NCBI GenBank assembly: GCA_964412845.1
Contig: CAYPQM010000002.1
Location: forward strand, 14,497-78,496
Direction of reading: 5' to 3'
Source: an uncultured Streptosporangiaceae bacterium
GTDB lineage: Bacteria; Actinomycetota; Actinomycetes; Streptosporangiales; Streptosporangiaceae
DNA length: 64,000 nucleotides
The position numbers were made by a program, and so were the translations under genes. How positions within the stretch are numbered: position 1 is the stretch's first letter; the number at the start of each line of letters is the position of its first letter. Below, piece by piece: positions 32,639 through 41,798 of this stretch. The notes under the pieces are model-generated. The model made no database searches and was not told the origin of the DNA. It worked only from the letters and a program-made list of their open reading frames with translations.

Positions 32639-34048
32639 ATGGCGTGGATCGAGACTACCGAGCGCAAGGCCAAGCCGGGGCAGAAGAAGAAGCCCCTCTC
32701 CTACCATGTCCGCTGGCGCCAAGGCGGCGCCCGGGACGGCGGCAGCGAGGTCGAGACCTTCCGGGACGAGAAGGAGGCCGAACACTTCAAGGCCGCAGTC
32801 AACCTCGCCGGTGACCAGTACCCCCCCAACTTCATCCCGAAAATCGGCTGGGTCACGCCCGACGTGTACAAGGCGTTCCTCGTCGACGTCGAGGCCGCCG
32901 AGACGGAAGCCGAGCAGCCACCGCCGCCCGAGACGATCGGCGCGTTCGCCCGGAAGCTCGTACTGAGCATGACCAAGGTCGGGCGGGGCGGAAAGAAGAA
33001 GTACCTACGGATAATCGCTCTCCACATCAATCCCTGGTGGGGATCCCTCCCGATCAATGACGAGGCAACCCTCAACATGATCGGCATCGGCACGTGGATC
33101 AACGATCTGCTGGACGGCAAATCACCCCCCGTCGACCAGACGCCGCAAGATCCGCACCCGAAGCGCACGAAGCTCAAGCCGAAGACCGCCCGGAACATCC
33201 ACGGTCTCTTCTTCGCGATCATCCAGACCGCGCTGGAGATGAAGCTGCGGGCCGACAACCCGTGCCTGAAGACACAGCTGCCGAACGTCGATGACGGCGA
33301 AGGCGACTGGGAGATGGTCTTCCTGTCCCCCGAGGAGTACGGCATGATCCGTCGCCACATGCGCGCCGACGCGGTGGATCTCACGGACCTACTTGTCGGC
33401 ACCGGGGCTCGCTACTCAGAGGCCACGGGCTTCCGAAAGCGCGACCACGTCCATGACGAGACCGGCCGACCCTGGCTCAACGTGCGCAAGGCGTGGAAGA
33501 ACGAGGCCGGCAACTGGGTCTTGAGCAAGCCCAAGACGCGGAAGTCCGTACGCGGGCTCGTTCTCACCGCAAGCCAGGACGAACTGGTTGCCAGACTCAC
33601 GGAGGGCAAGCAGCCCGACGACCTGGTCGTCACGAACCGGGGTGGCAACCGATGGATTCACCAGACCTACTACACACAGTGCTGGCGCCCGGCGGTCTAT
33701 TGCGCGGTCCGCTGCGAACGGCACAGGAACGCCGACCTGGCCGCGGGTATCGGACGTCGCGGCTATCGGTACCTGCTTTCCGCGCACATCGTGCCCTGTG
33801 GATGTCCGGGCACGCTCACGAAGGTCCCGCGCATCCACGACCTACGGCACACTCACGTAGCGTGGCTGATCGCCAAGAAGGTCCCGGTGAAGGCGATCCA
33901 GGAGCGGCTCGGCCATCGATCGAGCCAGACTACGTTGGACCGCTACGGGCACCTGCTGGATGAGGTCGTCGACGACGTCCAGGCTGCAGTCGACGTGATG
34001 ATGGAGCGGGCAGCCGTGGACGTGGCCCAGCTGCCCGCCGCAGCCTAG
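32639..34048 (+). CDS. int: Tyrosine integrase (469 aa)
   Basis: Start is MAWIETTERKAKPGQKKKPLSYHVRW. C-terminal catalytic region TGARYSE...HDLRHTHVAWL...LGHRSSQTTLDRYGHL. Confidence 0.9.
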   Translation: MAWIETTERKAKPGQKKKPLSYHVRWRQGGARDGGSEVETFRDEKEAEHFKAAVNLAGDQYPPNFIPKIGWVTPDVYKAFLVDVEAAETEAEQPPPPETIGAFARKLVLSMTKVGRGGKKKYLRIIALHINPWWGSLPINDEATLNMIGIGTWINDLLDGKSPPVDQTPQDPHPKRTKLKPKTARNIHGLFFAIIQTALEMKLRADNPCLKTQLPNVDDGEGDWEMVFLSPEEYGMIRRHMRADAVDLTDLLVGTGARYSEATGFRKRDHVHDETGRPWLNVRKAWKNEAGNWVLSKPKTRKSVRGLVLTASQDELVARLTEGKQPDDLVVTNRGGNRWIHQTYYTQCWRPAVYCAVRCERHRNADLAAGIGRRGYRYLLSAHIVPCGCPGTLTKVPRIHDLRHTHVAWLIAKKVPVKAIQERLGHRSSQTTLDRYGHLLDEVVDDVQAAVDVMMERAAVDVAQLPAAA

Positions 34049-34332
34049 TCGCTGGACTCGGTCAGCGCGCCACGGAGCTTCAGCAAGCGCTGGTCGGCAC
34101 GGTCCTCGGCATCGGTCAGTGCCCACTTGACGTCCGTCACGTGGGCCCGGCCTAATCGTGCGACCGCATAGCCCACCGTCAGCGCCAGCGCGAGGGCGTC
34201 GGCCAGGTCTGCGACCTCGCCGCTCCTCGGCGTCGTCGGCAACCACAGCGTGATCACTGCCGATACCGCCCACGCCACCGCCACGGCCGGACCGCCGATC
34301 CTGCGGAAAATGCGAACAACAACTTCGGACAT
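34045..34332 (-). CDS. Small membrane protein (95 aa)
   Basis: Track ORF with hydrophobic segments. Convergent with int, overlapping it by 4 nt. Confidence 0.55.
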   Translation of the reverse strand: MSEVVVRIFRRIGGPAVAVAWAVSAVITLWLPTTPRSGEVADLADALALALTVGYAVARLGRAHVTDVKWALTDAEDRADQRLLKLRGALTESSD

Positions 34333-34577
34333 CGGGTTGTCTCCCCACAGCCTGAACTGCCTCTACTTGCCCCCAAGTGAACGACACGCTACGCAGCGCG
34401 TACCAGCGACGCGATCACCAACACAGAGACACTTTTCGAACTCGGGACGTTTCGGAATACCCTGACATACGGCGCCTTTCATCGATATTTGATTCTCCAA
34501 CGACACAGGGCTCTGACGTGGCAGTGTGGTGCGACGCGCCAGGGGACGCGGTCGGATCCAGGGGAGGGCACGGCGGC

Positions 34578-35432
34578 ATGGCGGGCATGCAGTGGAGCGA
34601 TACACGGATACGGGGTGCGGGCCACGTGGTAGAGGTGCTCGCGGTCTCATGGCGTGGCTCTTCCCTGGCCGCACTGAAAAACGGACCGTTGTCTCCCCCG
34701 GAGCTGCTTGCCGTCTTCAAGACAGTGCAGCCGTCGACCGTGCCGGTTTTCGGACCGCATGCGGTCTACATCGAATGTGTCAAGCGGCACCTGGCCGTGC
34801 TGGCCCGCGGCGGTCTACTCGACGTCGGGCCGCTGAACGGCGGTCGCCGGCAGTACCTGCTCACGCCGTTTGCCCGCGCGATGCTCGATGCCGCAGAGCA
34901 GACTGCGGACTATGGCGTGCGGGTTTACGACTGGTTGGTCGACGTCGGCCGCCAGTCCCGCAAGATCAGCACATCCCTGTCCGCGCGGGACTTCGAGCCC
35001 GCGGTCCTGGGCATGTCCGAGTCGGAGCGCTTCCGTTGGCGCGCGGTCTTGTTGATCTTCGCGCGGTTGCTTGGCCATCGCTGGTCGTTCACAGTTCTGG
35101 CAATGCTGGCCGACGGCCCAGCACGGTTTTCCTCGCTGCTGGAGCGCGCAGGCAGCCTTCTGCCAGCCGCTCCAACATCCGCCTCGACGACCGTACGCCT
35201 CGGCCGGTCCACCCTGACCAACCGACTGGAGTACCTACGCAGTGTCGGACTGGTCGAGAAGGTCGACGACTCGGCTCATCGCAACCCGGCGCGGCCCCCG
35301 GGCTCCAGGGAGGTGGCCTATGTCCTCACGGACGGTGGCCGAGATCTTCTGGAGAACTTGGAAGGCATCGCTGAATTCGGCGTCCTGCACGATGCGGCAC
35401 TCGTCAAGGCGGTTCGAGCCCTAACCCCGTAG
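34578..35432 (+). CDS. HxlR-like winged-helix regulator, apparently two wHTH modules (284 aa; start uncertain)
   Basis: RLLGHRWSFTVLAMLADGPARFSSLLE...LTNRLEYLRSVGLVEK, plus a degenerate N-terminal copy. GGGGAGGG lies upstream of ATG 34578. Confidence 0.65.
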   Translation: MAGMQWSDTRIRGAGHVVEVLAVSWRGSSLAALKNGPLSPPELLAVFKTVQPSTVPVFGPHAVYIECVKRHLAVLARGGLLDVGPLNGGRRQYLLTPFARAMLDAAEQTADYGVRVYDWLVDVGRQSRKISTSLSARDFEPAVLGMSESERFRWRAVLLIFARLLGHRWSFTVLAMLADGPARFSSLLERAGSLLPAAPTSASTTVRLGRSTLTNRLEYLRSVGLVEKVDDSAHRNPARPPGSREVAYVLTDGGRDLLENLEGIAEFGVLHDAALVKAVRALTP

Positions 35433-35506
35433 CGCTGACGGCACGCGCTCTTCCCCCTACGATGAGTGCTGACGTACAACCGTAGGCGGCTCGCTTAGGG
35501 GGAACC

Positions 35507-36724
35507 ATGCAGGACGCTGCGGATCTCAATGCGCTTCAGCTGCCCTTCCCGCCAGGGCCCGATGGCGGCCCTCCCCCCCTGTACGCCGAGCTCCGGCAGC
35601 GGTGCCCGGTGACCCACGTGACAACGCCGGCCGGGGACGACGTCGTGCTCCTGCTCACCGCGGACGATGCACGCTACCTCTACGAGGACCCCGACCGGCT
35701 ACTGTCCCGGAACCTGCGCAGGCCAGGCGCACCCCGGTACGTCGACGGCGCCGACCCCACGATGGTTCCGGGCACGATGATGAACGAGGACGACCCCGAG
35801 CACCTCCGGCTACGCCGGGCGTGCGCCAGGTGGTTCACACCGCGAGCAGTGGCCGGCTACCGCGACATGCTCGTCGGCATCGCGGAGGACTTCGCGGATT
35901 CGCTGACGTCCTGCTCCAGCCCAGTGGACATCGTGCCGATACTGGCCGCTCCGCTCCCAGTCAGAGTGATCAGCAGGGTGATCGGTTTTCCCGAGGACGA
36001 CGACGTCGTCCTGTCGGCCTTGTCCTCGACGATCCTGTCGACCAGCACCTCCGACGCCGAGCAACGCATCGCCGCTCGCGCTGAGTTCGTCAGCTACATC
36101 CGCGAGATCCTCGACTGGCAGCGGCGGGAGGGCCCGGCGGATACGCTGCTTGCTCACGTCACCGCAGAGAGCGACCGCGGCGCCGGCCTGACCGAGGCCG
36201 AGCTGATCCAGTCGCTGCTCACAGTGATCCTGGCCGGCCACGAAACCACCGCGCACGTAATCGCCCGCGGCGTCCTAAGATTCCTACGGACCGGCGTCTG
36301 GAGCCAACTGGCCGCCGATCCCTCGATCGTGCCGAGCGCCGTGGAGGAGCTACTCAGAATTGACGTGCCGGGCCACGGTGCGATCCTGCGCCTGACAATG
36401 GAAGACGTCGAACTGCCATCCGGCGTGACGATACCTGCGGGGACCGGGCTCCTGGCCCCGACTGTGGTGCACAACCACGACCCGGACCGCTACCACGATC
36501 CGGACCAGTTCGTGCTCGGCCGGGAGAGCCCCCACCTGACTTTCGGCGACGGCACCCATGTCTGTCTCGGCGAGTCCCTCGCGATCGCCGAGCTGGAGGC
36601 TGTCTTCACAATCCTCCCTCCGCGTTTCCCCGATCTCCGAGTTGCCGCTGCGCCTGACGCAGTGAGATGGAGCGATCCGACACTCAAGATCAACGGTCCG
36701 ACTCGGCTGCTGGTCGCTTGGTAG
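35507..36724 (+). CDS. Cytochrome P450 monooxygenase
   Basis: I-helix LAGHETT, ExxR VEELLR and heme loop FGDGTHVCLGESLA. Confidence 0.95.
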   Translation: MQDAADLNALQLPFPPGPDGGPPPLYAELRQRCPVTHVTTPAGDDVVLLLTADDARYLYEDPDRLLSRNLRRPGAPRYVDGADPTMVPGTMMNEDDPEHLRLRRACARWFTPRAVAGYRDMLVGIAEDFADSLTSCSSPVDIVPILAAPLPVRVISRVIGFPEDDDVVLSALSSTILSTSTSDAEQRIAARAEFVSYIREILDWQRREGPADTLLAHVTAESDRGAGLTEAELIQSLLTVILAGHETTAHVIARGVLRFLRTGVWSQLAADPSIVPSAVEELLRIDVPGHGAILRLTMEDVELPSGVTIPAGTGLLAPTVVHNHDPDRYHDPDQFVLGRESPHLTFGDGTHVCLGESLAIAELEAVFTILPPRFPDLRVAAAPDAVRWSDPTLKINGPTRLLVAW

Positions 36725-36774
36725 GACGCTGGTGCGAACAGGGCGTTGAGGCAACGAAACTCGCGTTTCTCACG

Positions 36775-37287
36775 CTAGGCAGCTCCCGAAACCGCGTCCA
36801 ATCCGAGCCCCCAGGGGAACGGCTTGCTCTGGTTCCGGTCCTCGCCGAGGACGATGTCCACTCCGTCCCCACGGAGGTACGCCACCGAGCGATCAAACGC
36901 GGAATGAGCGGCCTGCCACGAATTCAGGTGGGGCAGCGCCGCCAGCGGTACTGACTTGCCGACGCCCTCTGTAATCAGGCCTAGGGCCAGAGTGTCGGCG
37001 ATCCCCGCGGCCCACTTGTTGATCGTGTTGAAGGAGGCCGGAGCCACCAGGATCGCGCTCGCCGGCGGCAGGACGTCGGGCTCTCCGGGGCGCTTGTATC
37101 GGAACCGGACGGGGTGCCCCGTCAGCGCTGCTAGGGCTGGCAGTTGGTCCTCCAGCCACACCGCTGCTGTCGGTGTCAGAATCAAGCACACATCCCAGCC
37201 GCGGGCCTTCGCCCGCTCGACCAGATCAGCGATCTCAAGCACCGGCGGTGTAGCACAGCCAACGAGGTACAGAACAGGTTGAGTCAC
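36775..37287 (-). CDS. HFCD-family flavoprotein (CoaC/EpiD-like), 170 aa, GTG start
   Basis: VLYLVGCATPPVLEIADLVERAKARGWDVCLILTPTA... and ILVAPASFNTINKWAAGIADTLALGL. GTGA overlap with the XRE regulator stop. Confidence 0.8.
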   Translation of the reverse strand: MTQPVLYLVGCATPPVLEIADLVERAKARGWDVCLILTPTAAVWLEDQLPALAALTGHPVRFRYKRPGEPDVLPPASAILVAPASFNTINKWAAGIADTLALGLITEGVGKSVPLAALPHLNSWQAAHSAFDRSVAYLRGDGVDIVLGEDRNQSKPFPWGLGLDAVSGAA

Positions 37288-38453
37288 AGGGCTACTCCAG
37301 CGCGCAGCGCGAGTGCGCGCAAACCGCGTCCATCCGCTGGCGTCTGTTCGGTGATCAGATCGGCGATGACCGCCCGCGCCAGGTTCCATGACCGGACTGT
37401 CGCCGGGTCCTCCCGTTCGGCATCCAGCAGCAGTCGTAGGGCTGTGTCGGGTTTGCCGGCGCGCTGGGCCGAGCGGGCCGTGTCCACCAGGTGGTGGATA
37501 CGACGCTCCCTGGGCAACGCGGCGTAGCCGCGGGGATCGATCTGCATGACAGCCTGGAGGGCCTGGTCGTAGAGACCGAGATCGCCAAGTATCGAAGCCT
37601 CGTAGACCGAGACGTTGGTGATGTTGAACGTGCTCAGGCGGTGGTTCGCATCGGGGGCGATCAGCGCAGCCAGAGCGCGGCCTTGCTCGATCATCAGGGT
37701 CGCCAGCCCGGGATCGGGAAGGCTGCCCGCCGCGTAGGCCGCCTTCAGGTACACCATCCCGAGCGCAGACACCCCGTCGTCTCCCAGCCCGCGCAGATCG
37801 CCCCCGTACCGATCGATGACGTCCTGAGCCAGTCCGAGGCCGACGTCCGGGCGTCCCGATGCGGTGGCGGCGTAGACGGCGCTCTGGGTAGCGAGCGCAA
37901 TCCCGATGGGGTCGCCCGCGGCTTCGGCCTTCAACACGCCCTCGTGGCCGGCTGCCCATCCGCCCACCGCGTCGCCGAGCGTGGTGAGCGTGACAGCGGC
38001 CAGGTGGCAGACATCGGCGAGCTGCGCGAGCGCGCGCGGCTCCCCAGCGCCGCCCTCGCGGGCCCGGGCCGCGTTGATCAGGCGCGGCAGCAGGGCCACC
38101 GCGTCGTGCCAGCGTCCTGCGTGGAACGCGTGGTAGCCGTATGTGGTCTGTTGGAGGACGTCGAGTCCCGGGTCCTGTTGTGCGGCCGGGGTGAGCAGAG
38201 CGGCCCTGACCTCGTCTGCGGACGTGTCGTCACTACCGTCCGGGTCGTCGTCGACGAGGACGGCCAGTGGAACAGCGAGGGTGCGAGCCAGGCTTTTCAG
38301 CACGCTGAGACGCGGGTCGGTCTGGAGGCCGCCGCCCTCGAAGCTCTTGACCCACGGCAGGCTCATACCGAGCGCGGTCGCGAGCTGTTGCTGCGTCAGG
38401 CCGCGCTGAACCCGCAGTGCCTTGACACGTGGTCCGATACCGAGCTCTGCCAT
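37284..38453 (-). CDS. XRE-family HTH regulator with a long helical (TPR-like) C-terminal domain (389 aa)
   Basis: MAELGIGPRVKALRVQRGLTQQQLATALGMSLPWVKSFEGG..., followed by about 300 aa of Ala/Leu-rich helical repeats. Confidence 0.85.
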   Translation of the reverse strand: MAELGIGPRVKALRVQRGLTQQQLATALGMSLPWVKSFEGGGLQTDPRLSVLKSLARTLAVPLAVLVDDDPDGSDDTSADEVRAALLTPAAQQDPGLDVLQQTTYGYHAFHAGRWHDAVALLPRLINAARAREGGAGEPRALAQLADVCHLAAVTLTTLGDAVGGWAAGHEGVLKAEAAGDPIGIALATQSAVYAATASGRPDVGLGLAQDVIDRYGGDLRGLGDDGVSALGMVYLKAAYAAGSLPDPGLATLMIEQGRALAALIAPDANHRLSTFNITNVSVYEASILGDLGLYDQALQAVMQIDPRGYAALPRERRIHHLVDTARSAQRAGKPDTALRLLLDAEREDPATVRSWNLARAVIADLITEQTPADGRGLRALALRAGVAL

Positions 38454-38537
38454 ATCAAGACGGTATAGGACTCGTATACCCACGGTGAGCGTCTTTGCCG
38501 ATACCGTCCAAACTACCAGGTCAGAGCGGAGGGCGCC

Positions 38538-38807
38538 GTGGTGGACGAGCTCGAACAATGGCGCGTTGAAGGACGCGTGGCCAGGGCTGTCAAGAACGTG
38601 CAGGAGTCCCTCACGCGGCTGCAAGCCGACGGGCAGGAACTCGCCACCGCCGTCAACGAGGCCCGCGCCCTCGGCATTTCGCCTCAGCACGCTGGGTCGA
38701 GTGCCCTGTCCTGGTGCTGGTTTGGGAATGGCTGCGCACAACGTATGGCCCCACCTCGACGAGGAGAGCATGATGCCCCCGCCCCTACGTCAACTTGCAC
38801 GCGATGA
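38538..38807 (+). CDS. Possible small protein divergent from the XRE gene (coiled-coil-like N-terminus; 3' end doubtful)
   Basis: Track ORF. The first ~55 aa are protein-like. The tail looks out of frame and overlaps the next candidate. Confidence 0.3.
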   Translation: MVDELEQWRVEGRVARAVKNVQESLTRLQADGQELATAVNEARALGISPQHAGSSALSWCWFGNGCAQRMAPPRRGEHDAPAPTSTCTR

Positions 38808-38970
38808 ATCCGGCCGCATCGGCGAGATCATGGGATCTCCCCAGCCCAACTCGCGTCTCGTCGCGCTGCGCCCTCCCGGCGGTGGCCTCGAATGGAATGT
38901 CCCTGAGGAGTCCATCACACGGGTTGATATCGACGGGAACCCGCTTCAGTCGCCCCAGGACGATGCATGA
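38770..38970 (+). CDS. Possible small protein (66 aa; alternative start 38728)
   Basis: MMPPPLRQLARDESGRIGEIMG... in the frame of track ORF 38422..38970. ATGA overlap with the next gene. Confidence 0.3.
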   Translation: MMPPPLRQLARDESGRIGEIMGSPQPNSRLVALRPPGGGLEWNVPEESITRVDIDGNPLQSPQDDA

Positions 38971-39266
38971 GCCAGCGACCGACGCCTGACGACGTCACCC
39001 TCTTCGGCGGTCGCCAAACGTGCCGTGCTGATCGCCTGGCCGTCGGCACATGTATCTCAGCTGGCTGGACCTGTGGGCCCATCGCCGAGCTGCGCCGCGG
39101 CGTACCCATCACTCACGAAGGCGAGGTCGTCCAACGTGTCAGTGCACGTATCAAGGACGATGACCAGTGGCATACCTGGTGGCCCGGTGACCGCGTCTAC
39201 CTCGAGCCCCCGGCTCACCTGCTCCCGCTCCTGGCGCCGCCTGCCGCGCCCACGATGCCATCGTAG
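38967..39266 (+). CDS. Hypothetical protein (99 aa)
   Basis: Track ORF. Confidence 0.45.
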   Translation: MSQRPTPDDVTLFGGRQTCRADRLAVGTCISAGWTCGPIAELRRGVPITHEGEVVQRVSARIKDDDQWHTWWPGDRVYLEPPAHLLPLLAPPAAPTMPS

Positions 39267-39383
39267 CCGGACGTAAGTCTGTGCCGCCGGGCTCGTCTTC
39301 GTCCAGCGAGTTTCCAACTACGACGACTACGGCTGGCCAACAAGCGCGTTGGGCGGCTTGGTGGCCGGGAACGCAAAGAAGCC

Positions 39384-39414
39384 GCCCGCCCTCCCCTTGA
39401 CGGGGAGGGCGGGC
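39384..39414 (-). terminator. Strong intrinsic terminator ending the late operon (13-bp stem GCCCGCCCTCCCC / GGGGAGGGCGGGC)
   Basis: Perfect stem with a 5-nt loop. On the minus strand it is followed by CTTCTTTGCGTT. It lies 15 nt after the collagen-like gene stop. Confidence 0.75.
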
Positions 39415-39428
39415 GATGCAGTGGTTTG

Positions 39429-40115
39429 CTATGAGCGCGGACGCTCCGGCGGGAATGCCAGCGCGCCGAACAGGAGCAGGAGGGGCCAGGCGGGTACGCC
39501 TTGCTCGTGGGTATCGGCAGCTCGGATCGCGGCTGGGGACGCTGACGGCGTGCCGGGGTCGGATGCCTCGCAGACCACCGCGGCGTGCTCGTTGATCGTC
39601 TCCGGCGTCGCGGTGTAGCCGTCAGGACATTGGGGCCCGGCGGGCCCGGACGGTCCGGTAGGGCCCGGGTTCCCGGCGGGGCCCTGTTCGCCGGCCGGGC
39701 CCGATGGCCCCGGCGGTCCAGGCTCGCCTTCCGCGCCGGCGGGACCGGCAGCTCCTTCCGCGCCGGTCGGTCCGGCTGGCCCGGCCGGGCCCGGAGATCC
39801 CGCTGGGCCCGCTGTTCCCGGCGCGCCGGATGGGCCAGCAGCGCCGGCGGGACCGGATTGGATCCGCTCGATGATCTGCTGTGGGGCGGGCTGGGATGGT
39901 GCGATCCCGTGCTGCTTCAGCTGTTCCTGGGCTCCGGTCAGGTTCACGGACAGGTCGGAGATCGTCTGGGCCTGGCGTGTTTGCTGCTGGCGCAGCCCTT
40001 GCAGCTGGTGCGAGGCCGCGCCGAGTTCGGCCAGCATGAAGCCCAGCACGATGCCCACGGCCGTGACCAGGACGGCCACGACCGCGTTCCACCAGTGGCG
40101 GCGGATCCAGTCCAT
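39429..40115 (-). CDS. Membrane-anchored collagen-like repeat protein
   Basis: N-terminal TM ([21 protein letters not shown]), a coiled coil, 25 uninterrupted G-X-Y triplets (39630..39854) and a hydrophobic C-terminus. Confidence 0.8.
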   Translation of the reverse strand: MDWIRRHWWNAVVAVLVTAVGIVLGFMLAELGAASHQLQGLRQQQTRQAQTISDLSVNLTGAQEQLKQHGIAPSQPAPQQIIERIQSGPAGAAGPSGAPGTAGPAGSPGPAGPAGPTGAEGAAGPAGAEGEPGPPGPSGPAGEQGPAGNPGPTGPSGPAGPQCPDGYTATPETINEHAAVVCEASDPGTPSASPAAIRAADTHEQGVPAWPLLLLFGALAFPPERPRS

Positions 40116-40480
40116 CAGTGGATGCCCTTCGACTGCCCCAGGAGCGTAACGACCACCAGCGCGAGCGCGGCCAGCGCGCTGATCAGCCCGATGGCCTTCT
40201 GCCAGGTGAGCTCCGCGCGAGAGCTGGTCTCGTCGCGGAGATCACGGATCTCTTTGCGTACTTCGTCAACGTCGCCGGACAGCGTCTGCCCGAGGTCCTT
40301 CGTGCTCTGCTCCACGCGCGCGATGTGCTCCACGAGCGCCTTGTGCTGGACGTTCCAGAGGGCGACCGGTAGGAGTTCGGTAGCCAGCCGCGTGATCTGT
40401 GCCGCGAGGGCCTGGTCTGCGGTTTCCAGCCGAGCGATGGCGCGGCCGGCTTCGCGCGGGGTCAGCCCGTCGTCGGTCAC
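40115..40480 (-). CDS. Lysis-cassette membrane protein (holin-like; coiled coil plus C-terminal TM)
   Basis: Directly downstream of the endolysin gene. C-terminal TM is [20 protein letters not shown]. Confidence 0.6.
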   Translation of the reverse strand: MTDDGLTPREAGRAIARLETADQALAAQITRLATELLPVALWNVQHKALVEHIARVEQSTKDLGQTLSGDVDEVRKEIRDLRDETSSRAELTWQKAIGLISALAALALVVVTLLGQSKGIH

Positions 40481-40497
40481 CAGATCTCCAGACGCGG

Positions 40498-41472
40498 TTA
40501 CGGGGTGGCTAAGGCTGTGGCCAGGTGCGCGACGACGGCGGTCGCGATCTGGTCCGCGGTTGCCCCGGCAATCAGCAGCGGGGCCAGTGCGGCGGCCAGC
40601 GCCTTCGCGTCGACGGCCGGGGGCTGCTGGATCTTGACGGCCAGTGCGTTGACGGCGTCGCGGGCCTGCTTGGCGTACAGGGCCGCGGCCCGGGCGCCGC
40701 CGTCGGCCCAGATCAGCGCGGCGTCGTCGTCGAACTGGCCATTCGCCGGGAAGTCAGCCGCGATCTCCGGCCACTTCTGGCCGATGGTGGCTGGGATGGT
40801 GCCCATGAGGTCTCCGGAGGTGGTGGCGGTCGCTGTCGGCGTTTCCGCGCTGAGGAGGGTGAGGAGTTGCGCGACGGTGCCCCGGAAGGCGTTGTAGTCG
40901 AGCGCGCGACCGCCGTCGGTGGCCTGGTTGGTGTACTGGTACAGCGCGGGGGTCACACCGCCGTAGGCGTTCCAGCCCGAGGCCTTGTCCCCGGGGTACA
41001 GGTGCGTGGGGCTGCCGGCCCCCCCGGGGTAGGCCGAGGAGATGAGTCCCAGGCCGCGCGAGGTCAGGCCGCTCAGGCTCGGCGACCCGAGCTCCTGCCA
41101 GTACCAGTGCGGGAGGTAGACCAGGCGCAGCCGCAGTCCCGCCGCCTTCGCCGCGTCGGCGTAGGCCAGCACCTGGCTCAGGGTGGGTTTGGACGAGCCG
41201 GACGGCTCGACGTCGAGCATGCCCGGCAGGGTCGGGTCGCCCACACACGCCTTGGTGTGCGCGATCTGCGCCGGGACGCTCTCGCTGGTCAGGAAGTGGT
41301 ACCAGACGAAGGGCCGCTTCAGGCTCGCGGCCTGCCGCCGCCAGCCCTGGTACGCGGAGTCGGTGTAGTACGTGCCCTCGCTCGCCTTGGCGATGACGAA
41401 GGAGGCGGCCGCGAGGCGCGACAGGTCCAGCCCGGCCTGATAGGCGGAGATGTCGGGTCCGTGGATCGTCAC
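40498..41472 (-). CDS. Endolysin: GH25 muramidase with a C-terminal (wall-binding?) domain (324 aa, GTG start)
   Basis: VTIHGPDISAYQAGLDLSRLAAASFVIAKASEGTYYTD (GH25 signature). GTGA overlap upstream. Confidence 0.85.
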   Translation of the reverse strand: MTIHGPDISAYQAGLDLSRLAAASFVIAKASEGTYYTDSAYQGWRRQAASLKRPFVWYHFLTSESVPAQIAHTKACVGDPTLPGMLDVEPSGSSKPTLSQVLAYADAAKAAGLRLRLVYLPHWYWQELGSPSLSGLTSRGLGLISSAYPGGAGSPTHLYPGDKASGWNAYGGVTPALYQYTNQATDGGRALDYNAFRGTVAQLLTLLSAETPTATATTSGDLMGTIPATIGQKWPEIAADFPANGQFDDDAALIWADGGARAAALYAKQARDAVNALAVKIQQPPAVDAKALAAALAPLLIAGATADQIATAVVAHLATALATP

Positions 41473-41798
41473 GGCGTGGCCTCCTGGGGCGGTTCGTCTC
41501 CTGCTGCGGGAAAAGGCCCTGCGAGTCGTGCGGCGGCGGCGATCCCGGCGGCCGAGATGCGGGCGGGGACCCGGGGATGGTGCCGCTTGCAGGTCTTGAA
41601 CGGTGTGCCCGGGACCGGGTGGATGGCTGGCCGCCAGCAGCGCTTCGGGTGGTCCACGTGGCAGAGGTGCCGCTTGTAGTGGGCGGCAAGGGTGCCGATG
41701 ATGGCGAGTTCGCCGAGGTCGGAGCCCATGCCGGACCACCACATGTACCAGTAGCCTGATCCGCTGTCCAGGCCGAGCACGTGCGCGAGCCAGTTCAC
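41469..41798 (-). CDS. Hypothetical protein with a hydrophobic/aromatic N-terminus and a His/Cys-rich middle (109 aa)
   Basis: Track ORF. Could be a holin-type protein on position alone. Confidence 0.6.
   Translation of the reverse strand: MNWLAHVLGLDSGSGYWYMWWSGMGSDLGELAIIGTLAAHYKRHLCHVDHPKRCWRPAIHPVPGTPFKTCKRHHPRVPARISAAGIAAAARLAGPFPAAGDEPPQEATP

Noticed and set aside
35455-35490. A mini-ORF ATGAGTGCTGACGTACAACCGTAG (MSADVQP) upstream of the P450, considered as a biarylitide-type RiPP precursor. It lies within a CCTACG...CGTAGG inverted repeat.
   Set aside because: The peptide has no aromatic, His or Cys residues of the kind cross-linked by RiPP P450s, and no clear ribbon-binding site. 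A leader hairpin is the more likely reading. It remains unverified.
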